Shown piece by piece: positions 9,742-16,768 of a stretch of 58,120 bases of DNA. Below the pieces are notes generated by a model. That model was given only the letters and a program-made list of their open reading frames with translations, was not told the origin of the DNA and searched no databases. The translations under genes were made by a program, and so were the position numbers. Positions within the stretch are counted from its first letter, which is position 1; each line of letters begins with the position of its first letter. Location of the stretch: assembly GCA_938009745.1 (NCBI GenBank), contig CALLII010000058.1, forward strand, positions 1 to 58,120. Reading direction: 5' to 3'. The DNA is from an uncultured Flavobacteriales bacterium (GTDB taxonomy: Bacteria > Bacteroidota > Bacteroidia > Flavobacteriales_D > CAJJDF01).

Positions 9742-10323
9742 ATGTACAACCAAACAGACATATTAGAAGGACTAAAGAATAAAGACGAAAAGGCTTTTGA
9801 AGTACTTTTTAAGACTCATTATGAAGCTTTGGTCAGGTTTGTATACAAATACATGAACAATAGCGAAGAGGCTGAGGAAATTGTTCAGGATACATTTTAC
9901 ACCTTGTGGGAGAAATCAGAGAAAATTTCCATTCAATCGAGTATAAAATCATACTTATACCAAGCCGCAAGAAACAAATCGCTAAACACAATTAAGCATA
10001 AAAACGTACAACTAAAATATGCGAATACAGTTCTGTATAATTCTACCGAAGCAATAGAGGATGATGAATCTATTGAATTGGATGAACTTCAGGATAAAAT
10101 AAATCAATCATTAGATTTATTACCACCAAAGTGTCGAAAGGTTTTTGAGCTAAGTAGATTCGAAGAAAAGAAATATAAAGAAATTGCTGAAGAGCTCGAT
10201 ATTTCTATAAAAACAGTAGAAAACCATATGGGAAAAGCCTTAGGTATTCTTAGAACTTCTTTGAAAGAATACTTGCCAATTTATTTAGCTCTTTTGTTAG
10301 CTGAAATAATATCTGAAGGATAG
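9742..10323 (+). CDS. ECF-type RNA polymerase sigma-70 factor (Bacteroidota FecI-like family)
   Basis: 193 aa. Region 2 (EEAEEIVQDTFYTLWEK) and region 4 HTH (YKEIAEELDISIKTVENHMGKAL). Followed by a FecR gene. Confidence 0.9.
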   Translation: MYNQTDILEGLKNKDEKAFEVLFKTHYEALVRFVYKYMNNSEEAEEIVQDTFYTLWEKSEKISIQSSIKSYLYQAARNKSLNTIKHKNVQLKYANTVLYNSTEAIEDDESIELDELQDKINQSLDLLPPKCRKVFELSRFEEKKYKEIAEELDISIKTVENHMGKALGILRTSLKEYLPIYLALLLAEIISEG

Positions 10324-10327
10324 ACTA

Positions 10328-10354
10328 GGGGTATTTCGTAATTAGGTTGTCATA
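10328..10354 (+). promoter_or_regulatory. Candidate ECF-sigma-type promoter or shared regulatory motif, copy 2 (GGGGTATTTC-N9-TTGTCATA)
   Basis: Lies in the 45-nt sigma-fecR gap, ending 14 nt upstream of the ATG at 10369. Both blocks are identical to those at 7212-7237. Confidence 0.4.
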
Positions 10355-10368
10355 GAAATAGAGAAACT

Positions 10369-11376
10369 ATGGATAATCAATCAGAACATAATTTAAGTGA
10401 CTTGCTTTTGGCAAAATACATTAGCGGAGAAGCTAGTGCAGATGAGCTATTGCAAGTCGACAACTGGAGAAAAATTTCTGAGGAAAATGAAAATTATTTC
10501 CAAGAATTAAATCTTGTTTGGTTCGATACAGGTATTATTAATACTGAATCTAACGAGCCAAAGAATATTAATGTTGATGGTGCATGGAATAAAATGCAAA
10601 AAAGAGTTCAGTCATCAACTAAAGTTATTCCTAAACAATCACCAAGTATAAATTGGAAATATGCGTTAAGAATTGCTGCTGTTGTATTAGTAGTAATTGG
10701 TGGAACTTGGTTATTCAGACAAGACAATAATTCAGTAATTGAAAAGCAATTATTAGCATCTAATGAAATTGTTAATTATAGTTTGAGTGATTCATCTAAG
10801 ATTGTATTGAATAAAAACTCGCAATTAACCTATCCAGAAAAATTTAATGAAAACGAACGAAGGGTAAAGCTTAAAGGAGAAGCTCATTTTAAAATTGAGC
10901 CTAACAAAGAGAAGCCGTTTGTAATTGAGGTAAATAAAGCTATTGTAAAAGTTTTGGGGACTTCTTTTGTTGTAAAAGAAGAAGGAGATTCTGCAATTAG
11001 AGTAGGAGTAGAGAGTGGTAAAGTTCAGTTTGGTTATGAGGATGAGCAAGTTATTTTGACAAAAGGAATGTCAGCAGTGCTGGACTTAAGAACAGGAGAA
11101 ATAACTCAAGATGAAGAAGCTAAAGTGAATTTGGGTTCTTGGAAAAGTAAAAAATTATCATTCAGAAGTACACAACTTTCCGAAGTTGTGGAATCGCTAA
11201 ATGAACTATACCCACAAGAAATAGTGATACAGAACAAAGCAATAAATGATTGCTTGTTGTCTGCCACATTTGATAATGAAGACTTAGAAGTTGTATTGAT
11301 GATTATCGAATCAACTTTTGGTTTTGAAATAGAACGAACAAATAACGTAATTATAATAAAAGGGGATGGCTGCTAA
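10369..11376 (+). CDS. FecR-family transmembrane anti-sigma factor / signal transducer
   Basis: N-terminal anti-sigma segment, a single TM helix (ALRIAAVVLVVIGGTWLF), a FecR-like periplasmic domain and a C-terminal DUF4974-like segment (LSFRSTQLSEVVESLNELY...). Overlaps the next gene by 11 nt. Confidence 0.9.
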   Translation: MDNQSEHNLSDLLLAKYISGEASADELLQVDNWRKISEENENYFQELNLVWFDTGIINTESNEPKNINVDGAWNKMQKRVQSSTKVIPKQSPSINWKYALRIAAVVLVVIGGTWLFRQDNNSVIEKQLLASNEIVNYSLSDSSKIVLNKNSQLTYPEKFNENERRVKLKGEAHFKIEPNKEKPFVIEVNKAIVKVLGTSFVVKEEGDSAIRVGVESGKVQFGYEDEQVILTKGMSAVLDLRTGEITQDEEAKVNLGSWKSKKLSFRSTQLSEVVESLNELYPQEIVIQNKAINDCLLSATFDNEDLEVVLMIIESTFGFEIERTNNVIIIKGDGC

Positions 11377-13375
11377 ATACTACTTGGTTTTACTATTTTT
11401 TTTGGTGCTAACTACTGGATTTTCTCAAAATCCTTTAGATAAAAGGCTTAGCATTAAAGTAGAGAACGAAACCACAGGAGTAGTTTTAGAAAAAATTCAA
11501 ATTTTAGGAGGGTTTTATTTTTCCTATAATTCTAAGTTGATTGATGTAAACAAGCTGGTTACTTATACTGCTTATAACGAGCAAGTAATTGATTTGTTAA
11601 ACGGAATTTTTGGTAAAAAATACGAGTACAAACACAGAGGGAGTTACATTATAATTCAAGAAGCCAAACCAGTTTTGGTAAAGAAGAAGGAAGTAGTTTT
11701 TAAAGGAAAAGTATCTAGTTCTGTGGATAGCTCTCAGCTCCAAAACGTAACGATTTACGAAATAGACGAATTAAAATCTACTTCTACGGATGAAAATGGA
11801 GATTTTGATTTAGTAATATCTACCGAAAAAGTAGAATCAAAAGTATTGATTGTAAAAGAGAATTATTACGATACAATCATTAGTTCAGCCGACCTTGCTG
11901 ATACTAATCTTAAAATATTCTTACGCCCTTTAATCGATAGTATTAAATCAAAATTTACCTACAAATTAGACTCAACCTTTTGGACAAAGACATTCGACAC
12001 CAAAAAGGTGAAAGATGTAATGGATAATGTGAGTCTAACAGAGTTTAAAGATTTTCAATTGTCACTGTTGCCTTACATAGGAACAAATGGTAAGTTTAGT
12101 GGAAAAATAACCAATAAATTTTCTTTGAATCTTTTGGGAGGATATGCCTATGGATTAAATGGATTGGAGATTGGAGGAATATTTAATATTCTGAAAGATA
12201 CAATGAGAGGAGCTCAGATAGCTGGTGTTGGAAATGTGGTTGGAGGAAAAACAACTGGAGCTCAATTTGCAGGAGTTTTTAATGTAAATTATGGAGATGT
12301 TATTGGTGCTCAGTTTGGAGGAGTTTTCAATACAACAGCCCAAACATTAAAAGGTGTTCAAGCAGCTGGTGTATTTAATACTGCAAATAATATTGAGGAT
12401 GGAACACAGATTGGAGGAGTTTTTAATCGAACAAAGGACATTAAAAATGGAGTCCAAATAGGTGGAGTATTTAATAAAAGTCAAAGCATAGAGAACGGAA
12501 CCCAAATAGGAGGAGTGTTTAATAAAGCAAAAGATATTAAAAACGGAGTTCAAATAGGCGGAGTATTTAATAAAAGTCAGAGCATAGATAACGGAACCCA
12601 AATAGGAGGAGTGTTTAATAAAGCAAAGAATATATACAATGGCTTACAAGTAAGTGGGGTTTTTAATACATCTAAAAATTTGACTTACGGATTGCAAATT
12701 AGTGGGATTTATAACATCTCCAAAGACATTAAAATAGGAGGGCAAATAGGAGGGTTATTTAACTTCAGTAAAAATATTGAGGATGGATTTCAAGTTTCGA
12801 GTTTGCTAAACTGTGCAAAGAGTGTTACTGGATTTCAGATTGGTTTAATTAATTTATCCGATTCTATTTCTAGAGGAATTCCTATTGGTTTTTTAAGTTT
12901 TGTAAAATCTGGATTTCATAAAACGGAACTTTCTTACCAAGATTATTTATCTGCCGGTATTTCTTTTAGAACGGGAGTTCATGCGTTTTATAATATTTTT
13001 GCTTTTAATTATTACTACCAAGATAACAATCCATTGGCAAGTTTTGGATATGGTATTGGAACACAGTTTAATATTAATGAACGATTTTTTACTAACCTAG
13101 AATTAAGCTCTCATTCCTTATTTGTTGCAAATGATTTGCAATCGGCCTTCAATGAATTGAATGTATTAACCAAGCTTAATCTAAACCTTGGGTTTAATGT
13201 TGGCAAACACTTATCCTTAGTGGCTGGTCCCGAATTAAATATATTAATTTCAGACAATTCGAGTTCTATTTCTAAGCTAGATAATTTCTCTAAACGTAAT
13301 TCAATTTACCGTGTAAGTAATAATCAAACAGAACTAAATATGACTCTTGGATATAGAGTTGCATTGAGGTTTTAG
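11366..13375 (+). CDS. Secreted STN-like + CarbopepD_reg-like protein with about 15 tandem 16-aa GxQxGGVFN repeats and a C-terminal beta-barrel-like region (function unknown; no TonB plug recognised)
   Basis: Signal peptide. STN-like LSIKVENETTGVVLEKIQ..FYFSYNSKLID..YEYKHRGSYIIIQ. VFKGKVSS..NVTIYEIDELKSTSTDENGDFDLVI. Repeat array at aa 266-503. Ends LGYRVALRF. Translationally coupled to fecR. Confidence 0.7.
   Translation: MAAKYYLVLLFFLVLTTGFSQNPLDKRLSIKVENETTGVVLEKIQILGGFYFSYNSKLIDVNKLVTYTAYNEQVIDLLNGIFGKKYEYKHRGSYIIIQEAKPVLVKKKEVVFKGKVSSSVDSSQLQNVTIYEIDELKSTSTDENGDFDLVISTEKVESKVLIVKENYYDTIISSADLADTNLKIFLRPLIDSIKSKFTYKLDSTFWTKTFDTKKVKDVMDNVSLTEFKDFQLSLLPYIGTNGKFSGKITNKFSLNLLGGYAYGLNGLEIGGIFNILKDTMRGAQIAGVGNVVGGKTTGAQFAGVFNVNYGDVIGAQFGGVFNTTAQTLKGVQAAGVFNTANNIEDGTQIGGVFNRTKDIKNGVQIGGVFNKSQSIENGTQIGGVFNKAKDIKNGVQIGGVFNKSQSIDNGTQIGGVFNKAKNIYNGLQVSGVFNTSKNLTYGLQISGIYNISKDIKIGGQIGGLFNFSKNIEDGFQVSSLLNCAKSVTGFQIGLINLSDSISRGIPIGFLSFVKSGFHKTELSYQDYLSAGISFRTGVHAFYNIFAFNYYYQDNNPLASFGYGIGTQFNINERFFTNLELSSHSLFVANDLQSAFNELNVLTKLNLNLGFNVGKHLSLVAGPELNILISDNSSSISKLDNFSKRNSIYRVSNNQTELNMTLGYRVALRF
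12161..12874 (+). repeat. In-frame tandem 48-bp (16-aa) coding repeats, about 15 units, including a near-identical 96-bp duplication (12449-12544 versus 12545-12640)
   Basis: Units run GLEIGGIFNILKDTMR / GAQIAGVGN... / GVQIGGVFNKSQSIEN / GTQIGGVFNKAKDIKN and so on. The two 96-bp double units differ at only a few positions over their first ~80 nt. Confidence 0.9.
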
Positions 13376-13377
13376 AT

Positions 13378-15480
13378 TTAAGAAATCCTCCCCCAATTAG
13401 GTTTGAGCTTAATCAAATAAGCTAACCTTTGTCTTACCAAATAATTTTCTTGGAGGGATAAATCAGGATCTTGTTTTAAGAGCTCTGTAGCCATATTTCT
13501 GGCTGCAACCACAATGTTGTTATCTTTTATCAAATCACCCAGCTTAAGGTCTAAAATACCACTCTGTTGAGTTCCTAGTATATCTCCTGGCCCTCTAAGT
13601 TTCAAATCTTCTTCGGCAATTTCAAAACCATCATTTGTTCTTACCATGGTTTCAATTCTGGTTTTGGCTGTGGGCGAAAGTTTATAGTCTGTCATCAACA
13701 CACAATAGGATTTATCCGAGCCTCTTCCAACTCTTCCTCTAAGCTGATGTAATTGAGATAATCCAAATTTATTGGCGCTTTCAATTACCATAACGGTAGC
13801 ATTAGGAACATTTACACCCACCTCAATTACAGTAGTTGCTACCATAATATTAGTGAACCCTTTTGCAAATTGCTGCATTTCGTATTCCTTGTCTTTGGCT
13901 TTCATTTTACCATGTACAATACTTAGTTTGTAATTTGGCAAAGGAAACCTGCGAGCCATGCTTTCGTAGCCATCCATCAAATCTTTAAAATCCAGATGTT
14001 CCGATTCTTCAATTAATGGATACACCACATACACTTGCCTTCCTTCGGCAATTTGCTTTTCCATAAACTTAAACACATACAAACGGTCTTTGTCAAATTT
14101 GTGGGTGGTAGAAATTTCCTTTCTTCCTGGTGGTAGTTCATCAATAACCGAAATATCCAAATCTCCATAAACTGTCATTGCCAAAGTTCTAGGAATAGGA
14201 GTAGCCGTCATCACCAAAATATGTGGAGGAATATTGTTTTTTTTCCAAAGCTTACTTCTTTGTTTAACTCCAAACCTGTGTTGCTCGTCAATAATGGCAA
14301 GTCCCAAGTTTTTGAATTGAACAATATCTTCGAGCAAAGCGTGAGTTCCAATAAGTAAATCCAATTCGCCAGAGAGTAATTGCTCGTGAATTACTGTTCG
14401 TTCCGATTTTTTGGAAGAGCCAGTTAGCAAAGCAACAGTAACTTCAGTTCCTTCCAAATATCCAGAAATAGTAGCGTAGTGCTGAATGGCTAAAATTTCG
14501 GTTGGAGCCATCAATAAAGATTGAAATCCATTGTCTTTGGCAATAAGCATTGCAAGTAAACCAACAAGAGTTTTTCCCGAACCAACATCACCTTGCAGCA
14601 ATCGGTTCATGTGTTTTCCTGAGCCTACATCCGCTCGTATTTCTTTTACTACACGCTTTTGCGCATTGGTAAGTTCAAATGGGAGTTTGGTAGTAAAAAA
14701 CTGATTAAAGCTAGCGCCTACTTTTTCGAACACAAAACCTTTCAGCTTTTGTTCTTGAATTATCTTTTGTTTTAATAATCTCAGTTGAAGAAAAAAGAAT
14801 TCTTCAAACTTTAATCTAAAAATGGCTTTCTTCAATAAATCAGCACTTTGTGGGTGATGAATTTCTCGGTAAGCTCTTTCTCTTGGCATTAGTTTCAATT
14901 CCTGAATAAGAGATTGAGGAAGAGTTTCGGGAATTTGATTTCTTATTCCAGAAACTAGAGTTTTGGTCAGTTTTTCAATTCCTTTGGAATTAAGCCCAGT
15001 GGCATTTGCCAAATCTGTAGAACTATAAACTGGTTGCAAATTAGCAACAATATCTGCAGCAGTTGGTTTTTCCTCCAAATCGGGATGCACCAAATTAAAC
15101 GAACCATTAAACTCAGAAGGCTTACCAAACACAATAAACTCCTTGCCAATAATTAATTTTGGCTTTATCCATTTAGCTCCTTTAAACCAAATAAGTTCCA
15201 TTACACCAGTATCGTCTTGTAGGTAGGCAATAAGTCGTTTTCCTCCTTTTGTTCCTGCTTCTTTTACATTGCTTATTTTTCCTTTAAGCTGCACATAACT
15301 TTCATCCGATTTTACTTCACTTATTTTGTGAACTTTGGAGCGATCTATATATCTAAAAGGAAAGTGAGTAAGTAAATGGTCGTAAGTAAAAATTCGTAAT
15401 TCTTTCTTTAAAATTTCCGCACGCTTAGGACCAACACCCTTAAGGTATTCGATAGATGTGGAAAGAAAAGAATTAGTCAT
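13378..15480 (-). CDS. recG: ATP-dependent DNA helicase RecG
   Basis: 700 aa. Wedge/OB N-terminus. Walker A GDVGSGKT, DEQHRFG (DEAH-type) and QLRGRVGRG motifs. Confidence 0.95.
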   Translation of the reverse strand: MTNSFLSTSIEYLKGVGPKRAEILKKELRIFTYDHLLTHFPFRYIDRSKVHKISEVKSDESYVQLKGKISNVKEAGTKGGKRLIAYLQDDTGVMELIWFKGAKWIKPKLIIGKEFIVFGKPSEFNGSFNLVHPDLEEKPTAADIVANLQPVYSSTDLANATGLNSKGIEKLTKTLVSGIRNQIPETLPQSLIQELKLMPRERAYREIHHPQSADLLKKAIFRLKFEEFFFLQLRLLKQKIIQEQKLKGFVFEKVGASFNQFFTTKLPFELTNAQKRVVKEIRADVGSGKHMNRLLQGDVGSGKTLVGLLAMLIAKDNGFQSLLMAPTEILAIQHYATISGYLEGTEVTVALLTGSSKKSERTVIHEQLLSGELDLLIGTHALLEDIVQFKNLGLAIIDEQHRFGVKQRSKLWKKNNIPPHILVMTATPIPRTLAMTVYGDLDISVIDELPPGRKEISTTHKFDKDRLYVFKFMEKQIAEGRQVYVVYPLIEESEHLDFKDLMDGYESMARRFPLPNYKLSIVHGKMKAKDKEYEMQQFAKGFTNIMVATTVIEVGVNVPNATVMVIESANKFGLSQLHQLRGRVGRGSDKSYCVLMTDYKLSPTAKTRIETMVRTNDGFEIAEEDLKLRGPGDILGTQQSGILDLKLGDLIKDNNIVVAARNMATELLKQDPDLSLQENYLVRQRLAYLIKLKPNWGRIS

Positions 15481-15523
15481 AGCCAGAAAATTTCTATGGG
15501 TAAATTTACTTAAAATAAGGCAT

Positions 15524-15553
15524 AAAAAAACCTCTTACCGTGAGATAAGAGGT
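15524..15553 (-). terminator. Rho-independent terminator downstream of the skp/ompH gene
   Basis: cctcttaccgtgagataagagg hairpin with an A-run on the plus strand, which is a T-run on the minus strand. Confidence 0.7.
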
Positions 15554-15575
15554 TTGAATATTTTATGAGGAATTG

Positions 15576-16148
15576 TTATCTGTTTTGCATAATTGGTGTA
15601 GTTGGTGTTGGAGTTGTTCCTGTTCCAACTGTAGTAGGTGCACTAGCTTTTTTGATTTGAGCTATAACTAAATCAGTTACATCAATACCACCATCAAAAT
15701 AAACAAGAGCTCCTTGTTGAGTAATGTCAAAGATGTAAGCAAATCCATTTTCTTTTGCAACTATATCAATAGCATCTTTTATTTGTTTCAATAAAGGAGC
15801 CATAAGGTCTTGTTGTTTTTGTTGAATTCTTTGTTGAGTTTCAGCTCCAAATTCTTGTAGCTTTTGCTCATCACTTTGTAATTCTCTTTCTCTTGATGCT
15901 TTAATTGCTGGTAGCAAGGCATCTTTTTCAGAAAGATACTTTTGATAATCATTTTGAATGATAGTTTGTAAATCCAAATATTGCTTTTCTTTTTCCTTTT
16001 GGTACCTTTCCATTTCATCACTTGATGCTTGAAAACCTGGCACTTGAGCAAGAATTTTTTGTGCGTCTATATGTCCTATTTTTTGTGCGTTTGCTGTTCC
16101 TGTTAAACTTAAAACTGCTACTGCTAATATTGCTATTAATTTTTTCAT
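15576..16148 (-). CDS. OmpH/Skp-family periplasmic chaperone
   Basis: Signal peptide, a coiled-coil Q/E/K-rich body and a C-terminal T/P-rich tail. Located downstream of bamA. Confidence 0.85.
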   Translation of the reverse strand: MKKLIAILAVAVLSLTGTANAQKIGHIDAQKILAQVPGFQASSDEMERYQKEKEKQYLDLQTIIQNDYQKYLSEKDALLPAIKASRERELQSDEQKLQEFGAETQQRIQQKQQDLMAPLLKQIKDAIDIVAKENGFAYIFDITQQGALVYFDGGIDVTDLVIAQIKKASAPTTVGTGTTPTPTTPIMQNR

Positions 16149-16192
16149 TGTGTAATTGTTGTCTTGTTATTTATTAAATTTAATTGTTGTGA

Positions 16193-16702
16193 TTAATATC
16201 CTAAGTTTTTAAGTATTCGTTTACTCTTATCGTTTTTAGGATCTGCGTATAAAATGTTACTTGAGTTAGCTTTATCAAAAATAAAGTCGTAGTTACCTAC
16301 AGATGCTAACTCTTTAATAGCAGCATATACTTTGTTTTGAATTGGCTCTACTAATTCTTTTCTTTTTTGAAAAATTTCGCCTTCAACTCCAAATTTTTCT
16401 TGTTGAAACTTAACCAGTTCATCTTCTAAAGCAAAAATTTCATCTTGCTTTTTCTTTTTCATTTCAGCTGGTAATAATAATTCTTCAGCTTGGTATTGCT
16501 GATATTTTTTATTGATCATAGCTTTTTTAGCTTCAAGCTCTTTCTGGTATTTTTCCGAGAGATCATCAATTGTTTTTTGTGCTGCGATATATTCAGGAAT
16601 ATTCTTCAGTATGTAATCTGTATCTACGTAAGCGAATTTTTGCGCAAATGATGCTAAAGCAAAAATTGTGGCTAATAATGTTAATGTTATTTTCTTTTTC
16701 AT
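16193..16702 (-). CDS. OmpH/Skp-family periplasmic chaperone (second paralogue)
   Basis: 169 aa. Signal peptide, FAYVDTDYILKNIPEY start and coiled-coil body. Tandem with the previous gene, as is usual in Bacteroidota. Confidence 0.85.
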   Translation of the reverse strand: MKKKITLTLLATIFALASFAQKFAYVDTDYILKNIPEYIAAQKTIDDLSEKYQKELEAKKAMINKKYQQYQAEELLLPAEMKKKKQDEIFALEDELVKFQQEKFGVEGEIFQKRKELVEPIQNKVYAAIKELASVGNYDFIFDKANSSNILYADPKNDKSKRILKNLGY

Positions 16703-16768
16703 GACTGCAAATTTAGGTTATAATATTTAATTAACGAAACTTGAAATTAGATGTTTCATGGTTTCGAT

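Noticed and set aside
12155-12601. Two antisense ORFs (62 and 84 aa) inside the repeat region of the 669-aa gene
   Set aside because: They are mirror images of the periodic coding repeats. Their sequences are low-complexity (S/I/N/C-rich) and they have no independent start context. The sense frame is clearly the coding one.
12161-12874. Regular 48-bp periodicity that could superficially resemble a CRISPR array
   Set aside because: The repeats are contiguous with no unique spacers. They are in frame within a long ORF, degenerate at synonymous-type positions, and have no cas genes nearby.
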